Positions 30,891 to 40,900 of a stretch of 64,000 nt of DNA are shown here, one piece after another. The stretch is from an uncultured Bacteroides sp. GTDB lineage: Bacteria > Bacteroidota > Bacteroidia > Bacteroidales > Bacteroidaceae. Location of the stretch: positions 1,814-65,813 of the forward strand of contig USPQ01000007.1 in assembly GCA_900556625.1 (NCBI GenBank), written 5' to 3'. The translations under genes and the position numbers were made by a program. Numbering within the stretch: the stretch's first letter is position 1; the number at the start of each line of letters is the position of its first letter. Below the pieces are notes generated by a model that saw only the letters and a list, made by a program, of their open reading frames with translations, searched no databases and was not told where the DNA came from.

Positions 30891-31958
30891 ATGAATATAG
30901 CTGCATTGTTATCGGGAGGTGTTGATAGTTCGGTGGTTGTTCACTTGCTTTGTGAGCAGGGCTACAAACCGACTCTTTTTTATATAAAGATCGGTATGGA
31001 AGGAGCGGAGTATATGGATTGTTCGGCAGAGGAAGATATTGAATTATCGGCTGCTACTGCCCGAAAGTACGGTTTATCTCTTGAAATAGTTGATTTTCAT
31101 AAGGAATACTGGGAAAATGTAGCGACTTACGCCATTGGTAAGATCCGGCAGGGATTGACACCGAATCCGGATGTGATGTGCAATAAACTGATAAAGTTTG
31201 GTTGCTTTGAACAACGCATCGGGAAAGAGTTTGATTTTACGGCTACCGGTCATTATGCTACTACGATACAGCGTGATGGAAAAGTGTGGCTGGGTACGGC
31301 AAAAGATCCCGTAAAAGACCAGACGGATTTTCTTGCACAGATTGATTATCTGCAAATTTCCAAACTAATGTTTCCCATTGGAGGATTGACGAAACATGAG
31401 GTGCGTGAAATTGCAGATGCGGCTGGATTACCCAGTGCCAAAAGAAAAGACAGTCAAGGCATTTGCTTTTTGGGAAAGATAAACTATAATAATTTTGTCC
31501 GTCGTTTTCTTGGCGAGCGGGAAGGAGTGATTGTAGAATTGGAAACCGGAAAGAAACTAGGTACACATCATGGTTATTGGTTTCATACTATCGGGCAACG
31601 GAAGGGGCTTGGTTTGAGTGGAGGTCCTTGGTTTGTTGTTAAAAAGGATATTCAGGAAAATATCATTTATGTATCTCGCGGCTACGGTGTAGAGACCCAA
31701 TATGGGAATGAATTCCAAATGCGTGATTTTCATTTTATAACGGATAATATTTGGAAGGGTCAGGATAAGGAAGTGGATATAACCTTTAAAATTCGTCATA
31801 CTCCTGAATTTACTAAAGGGAAGCTCATTATGAAGGGAGATAATCAGTTTCATATCCTATCTTCTGAAAAGTTACAAGGCATTGCTCCGGGACAGTTTGG
31901 AGTGATTTATGATAAAGAAGCGCGGATTTGTGTGGGAAGTGGAGAGATTATCTGTTAA
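30891..31958 (+). CDS. mnmA: tRNA-specific 2-thiouridylase MnmA
   Basis: SGGVDS PP-loop, [36 protein letters not shown]. Confidence 0.95.
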   Translation: MNIAALLSGGVDSSVVVHLLCEQGYKPTLFYIKIGMEGAEYMDCSAEEDIELSAATARKYGLSLEIVDFHKEYWENVATYAIGKIRQGLTPNPDVMCNKLIKFGCFEQRIGKEFDFTATGHYATTIQRDGKVWLGTAKDPVKDQTDFLAQIDYLQISKLMFPIGGLTKHEVREIADAAGLPSAKRKDSQGICFLGKINYNNFVRRFLGEREGVIVELETGKKLGTHHGYWFHTIGQRKGLGLSGGPWFVVKKDIQENIIYVSRGYGVETQYGNEFQMRDFHFITDNIWKGQDKEVDITFKIRHTPEFTKGKLIMKGDNQFHILSSEKLQGIAPGQFGVIYDKEARICVGSGEIIC

Positions 31959-32046
31959 ATATTTTTTTTGAGTGGCGAAGATTGAATAAACAAGATTATT
32001 TTCATTACTTTTGTTTCGTAGAATTATAAATAAAGGAGGTTTGATT

Positions 32047-32103
32047 ATGACAACGATGGAATTCCCAACAAGATGCGGTGTTAAACCTTCTTTATATCTA
32101 TGA
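32047..32103 (+). CDS. 18-aa small ORF or truncated gene remnant (MTTMEFPTRCGVKPSLYL)
   Basis: TACTTTTG at 32006-32013, AAAGGAGG at 32032-32039, ATG 32047, TGA 32101-32103. Confidence 0.35.
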   Translation: MTTMEFPTRCGVKPSLYL

Positions 32104-32131
32104 TAAGGCGGATAAGGCTCTTGAAAACACA

Positions 32132-32791
32132 TCAGATATAGTATTCCGCTAAATCAACAATTCCCGCCCGCATGGCATATTTGGTGGCTTCATGCACATT
32201 ATTTACGCCTAACTTGCGGAAGATATTTTTACGGTGGCTGTTAATCGTATGAAAACTAAGGTTTTTCTTTGCTGCAATCTCTTTTGTCGTTTTGCCCAGT
32301 GCGATTTCTTTTAGAATATTCTTTTCTGTTTGCGTTAGCAAATGATTGTCTGTGGATGAGGTAACAGACGGAGAGCCAGTTCCCGAAAGCAATAGGTTGC
32401 TGACATGATTGCAGATATATCTTTGTTTGCGGATAGCGCATTGAATAGCAGTGATAATTTCTTCTTTGGAATTATCTTTCATTACTACTCCAAAAGCCAT
32501 GCTGCTAAATAATATTTGTCGAAGGAAGTTGAGACTTAGCTCATCGGAGAATAGAATCCAATCGGCCTTTTTAAACCTTTCCTGCAGAACGATCAGTTCA
32601 TCTGCCCCGGCAAAATTGAATAGTGTGTAATCAAGAATAACCACTGCTTGCGGATACAATCGCAGCAACTGAATCAGCTCTGCTTTATTATCAGCTTCTA
32701 AAAGCGTGGATACATCTTTTTGCTTGGTCAGTAGGAACATCATTCCCGCTTTGCTGATATCTTGATTGTCTGCAATGATAAATTCTCTCAT
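32132..32791 (-). CDS. NarL/LuxR-family response regulator (orphan)
   Basis: Receiver-like N-terminus (ILDY); LTQTE...EIA...SFHTINSHRKNIFRKL HTH. Confidence 0.9.
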   Translation of the reverse strand: MREFIIADNQDISKAGMMFLLTKQKDVSTLLEADNKAELIQLLRLYPQAVVILDYTLFNFAGADELIVLQERFKKADWILFSDELSLNFLRQILFSSMAFGVVMKDNSKEEIITAIQCAIRKQRYICNHVSNLLLSGTGSPSVTSSTDNHLLTQTEKNILKEIALGKTTKEIAAKKNLSFHTINSHRKNIFRKLGVNNVHEATKYAMRAGIVDLAEYYI

Positions 32792-32809
32792 AATAGGAAT
32801 AGCTAAATA

Positions 32810-32859
32810 AAAACTCCGCTACAAATGTACATATTTTGTGCGATTTGTAGCGGAGTTTT
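32810..32859 (-). terminator. Terminator hairpin overlapping a -7 promoter element of the LuxR gene
   Basis: aaaactccgctacaaat / atttgtagcggagtttt perfect 17-bp arms; TACATTTG on minus strand at 32822-32829. Confidence 0.8.
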
Positions 32860-32880
32860 AATTAGATTCTTGAATTCCGA

Positions 32881-33471
32881 TTACCAGGAACGTCCTTTGA
32901 AGATGTTGGATTGGTCAAGCGGAACGATATTTCCGTTCAATGTCAGATTGTTGTTATTGAAGTTCGGGCTGATTGTAACCGAAGCTGTATTATTTCCACT
33001 GCTCATGTTGATAAAGACCTGAGCGGAAATACCAATACCTTGAACGCTGAATGAACAGTTCACATTTCCTTTCTTGTCAATGTTCATTTTCATATCAGAA
33101 GAATTACCATCTACAGTGACACCACCGATCCCGTTAGGACCTGGATAAGCTGTATTGAAAGCAGTCTGCACAGTGGCTCTGTTGCCATTCATCAAAACGA
33201 AGTTGGTGTTTGAAGTCACGAAAGCACTCATTCCATTGCGGAAGATTACTTGATTGGCTTCCAATACAAATTGCTTGTTCTTTAAAGCCTGTACAGCTTG
33301 TTGATAGGCTGCCATGTCCTGTACTTGTTCTTCGGCGCGGAGTTTCGCTCTTTCTGCGTCTCTTTGAACTTTTCGTTCTGCGCGGCGGGTTGCTGCGTTA
33401 CTTTCCTGTGCATACATCATCGTGCTTGCACTTACTAATACTAATGCTAATAATGCAATAAACTTTTTCAT
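32881..33471 (-). CDS. DUF4251-family secreted protein
   Basis: Signal peptide; FVLEAN, NGIGGVTVDG. Confidence 0.7.
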   Translation of the reverse strand: MKKFIALLALVLVSASTMMYAQESNAATRRAERKVQRDAERAKLRAEEQVQDMAAYQQAVQALKNKQFVLEANQVIFRNGMSAFVTSNTNFVLMNGNRATVQTAFNTAYPGPNGIGGVTVDGNSSDMKMNIDKKGNVNCSFSVQGIGISAQVFINMSSGNNTASVTISPNFNNNNLTLNGNIVPLDQSNIFKGRSW

Positions 33472-33539
33472 AACTTTTTTTTTGTTTAGGTTTAATACGT
33501 TGTCCGTTTATTGCAAAAACAAAGAGTATGCCGGATTGT

Positions 33540-34967
33540 TCACGAACGTCGTGCAATTTTGTATCCGATAGCTGCGACGGCAATACTCATTAAAGGGCTG
33601 ATAATGTTGAAAAAGCAATAGGGAAGATATACAAGTGTGGGCACACTTAAAATGGTGGCCTGAGTCATCCCGCAACTGTTCCATGGGATCAGTACGGATG
33701 TAACGGTTACTGCATCTTCCGTCGTGCGGCTTAGTAAGCAACTTTCATATCCTTTCTTGGCATATATGTCACGAAACATATTCCCCGTCAGAATGATACT
33801 GATATATTGGTCGGCTGTTGCCAGATTAAGAAACAAGCCTGAGCAAACCGTACCTCCTACCACACTGACCGTCTTTTTCATAAATCGAACAAAGATTGAA
33901 GTGATACTACCCAACATACCGCTGGCCGTCATTGCTCCACCAAAACACATGGCACACAGAATGAGCCAAATCGTATTCAGCATTCCGGACATGCCGCGTG
34001 TGGCAATCAAATCTGACAGAACGGCATTGTCTGTGTGCAGACTTGTACTTCCATATATCGTTATCATTAATCCTTTGAACAATGAATCGAAGCCGGAAGT
34101 TGCCATTCCGGAAACTTCCTGTAATAACTCCGGCTGGAAAATCAAAGCGAAGACTCCTGCCAGCAGTGTCGATAAGAACAGGGTAATGATGGAAGGAATC
34201 TTACGGGCGATTAATATGCCTGTTGCAATAGGTACAATCAAGAGCCAGGGAGTAATGTGGAACTTTTCATTCAAAGCAGTTGCCACTTCGGTGATATGTT
34301 GTGTATTGCTGGCATCGTGTGAGAATCCTGCCACAGTAAAAATAATCAAAGTGATTATGAGGGAAGGAACTGTCGTTATCATCATGTATCGGATATGCCG
34401 GAATAGTGGAGTATCAGTTACGGAAGCTGCCAATATGGTTGTTTCCGATAGAGGCGAGACCTTATCTCCAAAATAAGCTCCGGAAATAATGGCTCCTGCA
34501 ATCCATCCCTCTTCAAATCCTTGTGCCCTGCCGATACCCATCAGTGCGATTCCAATGGTAGCGATGGTAGTCCACGAACTACCGGTCATAACGGAAATAA
34601 GTACACAAATGATACAGGTGGATGCTAAGAAGAAACTGGGATGTATGATTTGCATTCCATAATAAATCAAAGTAGGTACTACTCCGCTGATCATCCACAT
34701 TCCACTTAATGCACCGATAATCAATAGAATGATAATAGCCGTTGCCACTCCGGCCACATTGTTTGTGATGGCAATCTCATAATCTTTCCAAGGAATTTTG
34801 TAGAATGCCATACCGATAAGAATACAAATAGCGGTAGTGGTGAGTAATGATACTTGACTTCCTCCACTTAAAGCATCACTACCGAAAGTATGGATAGTAC
34901 CGAATAATAATAGTATAAGTACGATAATTGGTATCAGGGATACAAAAGGGGAGGGGGCTTTTTTCAT
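33540..34967 (-). CDS. nhaC: NhaC-family Na+/H+ antiporter
   Basis: Multi-TM; GSSWTT, SGAYFGDKVSPLSETT, LSRTTED, PWNSCG. Confidence 0.85.
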   Translation of the reverse strand: MKKAPSPFVSLIPIIVLILLLFGTIHTFGSDALSGGSQVSLLTTTAICILIGMAFYKIPWKDYEIAITNNVAGVATAIIILLIIGALSGMWMISGVVPTLIYYGMQIIHPSFFLASTCIICVLISVMTGSSWTTIATIGIALMGIGRAQGFEEGWIAGAIISGAYFGDKVSPLSETTILAASVTDTPLFRHIRYMMITTVPSLIITLIIFTVAGFSHDASNTQHITEVATALNEKFHITPWLLIVPIATGILIARKIPSIITLFLSTLLAGVFALIFQPELLQEVSGMATSGFDSLFKGLMITIYGSTSLHTDNAVLSDLIATRGMSGMLNTIWLILCAMCFGGAMTASGMLGSITSIFVRFMKKTVSVVGGTVCSGLFLNLATADQYISIILTGNMFRDIYAKKGYESCLLSRTTEDAVTVTSVLIPWNSCGMTQATILSVPTLVYLPYCFFNIISPLMSIAVAAIGYKIARRS

Positions 34968-35093
34968 ATTAAGTTCTTTAATGCTCTATATTATTTTGGT
35001 TTGCAAAGATATAACAAAATGATCGAAATTCTTAGCGTTATGGAACGAAGCAATAAAAATTAGTATAAGTTTATATATTCTTGGTACATAGAA

Positions 35094-35528
35094 TCAGCCC
35101 CAATTTACCTTACGTTTTAGCCACCAATATCGTATGAAAAGTATTCCGGTCAGAATCAGAGCGATAGATAGTCCGGTGTAGAAAACGGAAATAAAACTGT
35201 CGGGTAATAGATGGAAACTCCGGATGGTAATGCTTAGAGAGATCATGAATATCATAATGATCCAACTCTTTACATCAAAAAAAGAAAAAGGGCAGTTACG
35301 GGTTTTCTTTTTCTCGTCAATTCGCCGGGTGTGTTTATAATAAAGTCTTTTAAAGATGAGTATGAAGAATAACAGGAAAACTACAGTTGCTTCTCCGATT
35401 TTGAACATCCAGTCTTGGGAGTTGTTTAACCATGTAATGATTCCTATTCGTAATATATTGATACCGGCTGTAATCCATACTGCGCCGGCTGTAATGAGTA
35501 AGATTTGTTTGTTGACTCCGTATTTCAT
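35094..35528 (-). CDS. Hypothetical four-TM membrane protein
   Basis: Four hydrophobic segments; co-oriented downstream of pbpC. Confidence 0.65.
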   Translation of the reverse strand: MKYGVNKQILLITAGAVWITAGINILRIGIITWLNNSQDWMFKIGEATVVFLLFFILIFKRLYYKHTRRIDEKKKTRNCPFSFFDVKSWIIMIFMISLSITIRSFHLLPDSFISVFYTGLSIALILTGILFIRYWWLKRKVNWG

Positions 35529-35597
35529 TCGCTTTACTTTTTTGCTATAAACGGTTTTACTGCTTATTTTGTTGAGTCATTTCTTATGATTTATAAC

Positions 35598-37943
35598 TCA
35601 TTTTATAAAAAAAGTGGTGGAAACCGTATTCCCTTCCCCATCAACGGCTGTCAGAGAGTGTTTTCCCGGTTCAGGTTGCAAGGATATTTTATGAAAATCC
35701 TGTGTTTGCATCAGATATATATCATCGAGATGCCAGAAAACGATTGCTTCGGGATTGTTGTGAGCCAGTTCGACAGTGATGAATCCTTTGTTACCATCCA
35801 ATTGTTTCGGTAGCTTGATTCGTGCATTCATCGGAGGATAAATGAATTGCATGGGTTGGAAACTATCTTCTCCGCAACCTGATTTGAACGGAGGAAGAGG
35901 CTTGTATTCCGGATGATGCTGTTTATAATACCATTCCCACACAGGAGGCAGTGCGAACCATGACCTTTGGAAAGTAGGCTCCGTATTGGCACAATTCTCA
36001 TAAATACGATATTTCTCGTCGGCAGATAAAGTAATGAAGTGATGATATGGGCAGGATTCCGTTCGCAGTCCGGAGGGAAGTATAAGCACTGTGTCCGTCT
36101 CCTCGCAGAAGCGTCCTTTCAAATGACCGGATTGACGGCATACCTCTGCATCAATAAAAACACCGGTCGGACGTTCAAACCACGATGAAGAGGGAAGATA
36201 GTTGAATACATCGAATAATACGGGACCTGCCGTTTGTGCGCCCACTAATCCCGGTTTTCCTTCACCGGTTGCGTTTCCTACCCATACGCCGACTGCGTAA
36301 CGAGGAGTGACGCCTACCGCCCAAGCATCCCGGAATCCATAACTCGTTCCTGTTTTCCAGGCGATGGTCTGCATGGAAGGGATGGACTTCCAATCGATCT
36401 CTTCGGGGCGGTTGACTTCTTTTAGCGCGTCGAAAGTTTGCCACACTGCACCCTTGTCCCAAGTGAATTTTTGTTGTATCGCTTCGTTTTTGTTCTCTTC
36501 TCCCATTAAGATGTCGGCTTCTTTTTGAGGGACTGCATCACTATGCTGATTCGGAATCAGGCTTCGTCCCATTTGTGCGTACGCATTTGTTACATCCCAT
36601 AAAGTGGCTTCTGCTCCTCCCAGAATCAGGGATAAACCGTAGTGGGACGATGGACGGGTGATTGTTTTGAATCCAGTCTGTTGCAGGAAATTATGAAATT
36701 TGGGAACACCATATTTTTGTAACATTGTCACAGCTGGAATATTCAGTGAACGGGAAAGTGCTTCCGAAGCGGGCACAGCCCCCTCATACTGCCTGCTGAA
36801 ATTCTGCGGACTGAATCCGTTTATGTTAATGGGGATGTCAGGAAGTAGTGTATGTGGCAATAATGCCCCCTCCTGCAACATCGCATAATATAAAAAAGGT
36901 TTCAAAATACTTCCTGTGCTTCTGGGAGCTTGAATTACATCCACCTGATTACCTCCTTGCCGATGGTCGAAATGTACATTCCCGCAATAGGCTATCACTT
37001 GATTGGCAGGGAGGTCGATTACTAAAATGGCCAGATTGCGGATATCGCTTCGGTTAAATTCATTGCTCCAACGTTCAGCGATGTTTTCTATATGCATTTG
37101 AATCCCCCGGTCAATGGTGGAATGTGAGTACTGTCCATTTCTTTCTTTGTAGAAACGGCTGACTAAGTGGGGAGCTGTTTGCGGAAGAAGATGTGGCTCT
37201 TCGGGAAGAGGCTCGCTGACAGCCAACTCATAAGTAGACGAATCTATGATTTCTTTCTCATGGAGCAGTTTAAGGACCCGGTTACGTTTGGCAAGTAATG
37301 TCTCCCGTCCTTTGGATAGGTGAATCATGGCTGGAGCATTGGGTAATACGGCAAGCATGGCCGATTCCGCCCATGACAACTCTTCGGCTGAATGACCAAA
37401 ATAACGCCAGGCGGCCGCATCCAGTCCTACCACATTTCCTCCGAAAGGGGCATGAGATATGTACATGGATAGGATTTCTTCTTTAGAAGCCCTGAATTCC
37501 AAACGTGTAGCCCAGATCATTTCGATTATTTTCTCTCCGAAAGTTCTGGGCTTGTTTCGTGCAAGCCGGATAGTTTGCATGGTCAGTGTGCTTCCTCCGC
37601 TTACAATACGTTTGTTCTTGATGTTTTGATAAACGGCTCTTCCGATGGCAAGTGGATTAACACCCCAATGATGATAGAAATGTTTGTCCTCAAAAGTGAT
37701 AAGGCAGTGTTTTATTTTCTCCGGTGTCGTATTCCTCGGAGGGAAACGCCACTGCCCGTCGGAAGCGATACGTGCTCCCAACAGTTCTTCGTTCCTAGCA
37801 GTGACGACAGTCGAGTAGGGGACATGAAAGAGTTGTCGGGGAAGACAAAACATATATCCCATCACCAAGAGAGTAATACTGCCAAGTATTACTCTCTTGG
37901 TGACGGATAAATTTCTGAATACCTCGGATATCTTAACTTTCAT
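35598..37943 (-). CDS. pbpC: Penicillin-binding protein 1C
   Basis: EDKHF, GGSTLTMQ transglycosylase; GSILK, SLN, KTG transpeptidase motifs; next to alpha-2-macroglobulin. Confidence 0.92.
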   Translation of the reverse strand: MKVKISEVFRNLSVTKRVILGSITLLVMGYMFCLPRQLFHVPYSTVVTARNEELLGARIASDGQWRFPPRNTTPEKIKHCLITFEDKHFYHHWGVNPLAIGRAVYQNIKNKRIVSGGSTLTMQTIRLARNKPRTFGEKIIEMIWATRLEFRASKEEILSMYISHAPFGGNVVGLDAAAWRYFGHSAEELSWAESAMLAVLPNAPAMIHLSKGRETLLAKRNRVLKLLHEKEIIDSSTYELAVSEPLPEEPHLLPQTAPHLVSRFYKERNGQYSHSTIDRGIQMHIENIAERWSNEFNRSDIRNLAILVIDLPANQVIAYCGNVHFDHRQGGNQVDVIQAPRSTGSILKPFLYYAMLQEGALLPHTLLPDIPININGFSPQNFSRQYEGAVPASEALSRSLNIPAVTMLQKYGVPKFHNFLQQTGFKTITRPSSHYGLSLILGGAEATLWDVTNAYAQMGRSLIPNQHSDAVPQKEADILMGEENKNEAIQQKFTWDKGAVWQTFDALKEVNRPEEIDWKSIPSMQTIAWKTGTSYGFRDAWAVGVTPRYAVGVWVGNATGEGKPGLVGAQTAGPVLFDVFNYLPSSSWFERPTGVFIDAEVCRQSGHLKGRFCEETDTVLILPSGLRTESCPYHHFITLSADEKYRIYENCANTEPTFQRSWFALPPVWEWYYKQHHPEYKPLPPFKSGCGEDSFQPMQFIYPPMNARIKLPKQLDGNKGFITVELAHNNPEAIVFWHLDDIYLMQTQDFHKISLQPEPGKHSLTAVDGEGNTVSTTFFIK

Positions 37944-37976
37944 GAATTGCGTTTGTTCTTACCAACAGAATTCGTA

Positions 37977-40900
37977 TTAGCGACTCACCGTTGTTCTTCC
38001 TGCTTTGCTTCGTGCCTGCACGGTTGTATCATACATGGCTTCGCACTGAACAGCCGGAAGAATGAAGTTACCGGTGTATGCCGCTTGCAATCTGATAGTA
38101 AATACCTTTGTCTCACCACGGTACAAATTGAAATAGGTCAATACACGATCGTCGCGGATATCCTGATAGGAGTAATTGATAGCTGTACCGGCAGTCGCCA
38201 TTCGTTCATTATATATTTCCCACCCGGATGGTATAATATGTGTCAATGCCAGATTGGTATAATCCGATGTTCCGCTAATATTGGATATGGAAACGACAGC
38301 GGTAAAGTCAGTTCCTTGTTTAATTTCTTCTGCGGATATGGGCGTGCCGTTCAGAGTTGCATATCTTATATCCATCCGAAGATTATCTGAGATGGCGGGC
38401 AACGTATCGTTCAGCAATTGTGTGCGCGTGATAATGTCTACTCCCAATGCTCCCTTGCCTTGATTCTTTACAGAGACTGTTCCGGATTTCGGTGAAGTAG
38501 GAATCTCTTTGTCAAATACCGCTTTGGCAGATTTCACGGCAGGTTGTTGCTTGCCGTTCCATGTCCATGTGAAATCAAGTGTGCCTGATAACTTTTCTGC
38601 CAAGCGTCCCATTGCCATGAGGGCAAATGCGGTAGACTGAGTACTGAAATAGTCCTCTAGTGACAGATTCTGCGAGACTTTCTTTGCTTGTTGAAGTGCA
38701 TCCCGTTCCCGGTTCATCAAGATTAATGTTTCCAGAATCATTGCTTCATCCCGGTCGGACGAACCGTAAATAAAGTTCATTGAAGAATAGGGAGTGACAC
38801 TGGTTGCTGTCTTATATGCCAATTCTTCGGCTGGTTTCATTTTTCCTGTCAATGCGTAGGCGGCTGCCAATCTCCATTTGGCTTGAATAGATAATCCTTG
38901 CTGTTCCTTCATTCTGTTCATAGCTCCGTACTCCGGTATACCGGCCAATGCCAGCGTGTATAGGCGGAAGGCTTGCATCAGCTCCGACTGCCATAGTTGC
39001 CAGCTGTTTGCATCCTGTGGCATACGCCAGTTCTGGGCTGCTGCACGTTGGAAGTGTTTCCACTTATTCAATACGTTTGAATGGACGGCATATCCCTTTT
39101 CTTGTGCCAATGTCAGGAACATTCCGGTATATGAACTGATCCATTCGTCTGCGACGGCATTCCCCGGCCAATAGACAAAACCGCCATTGGGAAGTTGCCG
39201 GGCATAAATCTGACGGATAGCCTCCTGTACATTTGTTTTTATTTTCTCTGCTTCCTGTTCGTTTACCGTTTTAAATTGAGAGATAAACAAAAGCGGCAAT
39301 GCTTTGGAAGTCAACTGCTCTGTACACTGATGTTGGTAATCGTATAAGAAGTCGAATCGACGTGTGATATCTACGGATGGGATGCGGGATACTTCCAACT
39401 GAATATGATTGTTGTCGGAAAAACCGCTTAGGCTATACGATACCTCTCCACTTTGTCCGGCTTCCACCCATTGGCTGTTGCGCAATGTCACGACCGGATT
39501 CGGGTTGCGTACGTCTATTTCGATGGTTTCTTTAGTCTGCTGTCCACCCCCGTTTGCCGTCAGATGGATAGTTGCTTTACCTGTTTTGTTTCCGGTCTTC
39601 AATGTAAAGAATGTAAGCTGGTCGCCCGGTTGATTGAAGGTTAGCGACTGTTGCGAAGGTCCGGCAATTTGTACTCCTCCACCGGAAACCTGAATAGATA
39701 CGGTGACATTCTTTACCTGATTTTCCATTGCAAAGATATTTACCGGAACAGTGATTTCCTCTTGAATACTAAGCACGCGCGGCAAGGTGGAAAGCAGCAT
39801 TAACGGTGTCCGTACATAGGCCGTCTTTTCTGCATTTCCATAAACACCGTCCTGTCCTGCCACTACCATAGCGCGTACAGAACCTACGTACATCGGAAGT
39901 TTCAATGTATGTGTCTGATGTTTGCTTTTTCCCAGATAGAAAGGGCCTATGAATTTAACGACCGGTTTGAACCGGTTTGCTTTTGCATCTGCCGGTTTCA
40001 AAACTGCGTCCCCGCCTGTACTGAAAAGAGAACCGTAACTTCCGGCGGAAGCTCCCAATACGTTGTCGTACATATCCCATGTCCGGATACCGAGCGCTTC
40101 GCGTGAATAGAAGTCATTCCAAGGATCGGGTGTCTTGAAGTTCGTAAGGTCCAGCAGACCGTCGTCTACGATAGCCAATGTGTAAGTCATCGGTTTCCCG
40201 CTCTTTTCGCTGACGGTCACATTGAAGTTCGTTTCCGGTCGTAGCACTTCCGGCATTTGTATTTGCGGTCTTAATATTGTTTGACTGTTAGTTACGAATA
40301 CCGGGACAACACCATACATACGGATAGGCAAGTCATTCACTGTCTGCGCATGAGGCTGCAACAAGCTGATGTGCAGATATACGTTCGGAGCCATTTCTTC
40401 TGTGACCTTGAACGTATATTTTGTATCTCCTTTGCTGGAAACTTCGATCCATTCCTGTTTGAGTACCGTCGATCCGTTTTCGATGGATACCAATGCACGT
40501 CCGTTGGCTGCTGCGGGGATAATAGCCATAGCTGTTTCTCCTATCTCATAGGAATCTTTGTTCAATGAGAAAGCAAGCATTTTAATACCACTGGGGTCCG
40601 ATTTACTTGAACGTCCTCTCCATTCGGGCCAGTCTACGTAGACAGTACCTCCGGTGGCATGTCCGCTTTCTTTGTCTTTCACATAGACCAGATAACGTCC
40701 CCAATTGGGATAATCGACGCGGAATTTGAAAGAAGCCTTTCCATTGTTGGTTTGCAGACTCCCGCTGGCTACCGGAGTGATGGAAGTTCCGTTTATATAG
40801 GAACTGAAAGATTCTTCATTGTTTTCCCACCACCAGCTCCAACTGATACGGTAGATTTTATATTCCAGATTTGAACGGCTCACCGCCTGTCCTTCCGGAT

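Noticed and set aside
33724..34476. 250-aa plus-strand ORF
   Set aside because: Antisense shadow of nhaC
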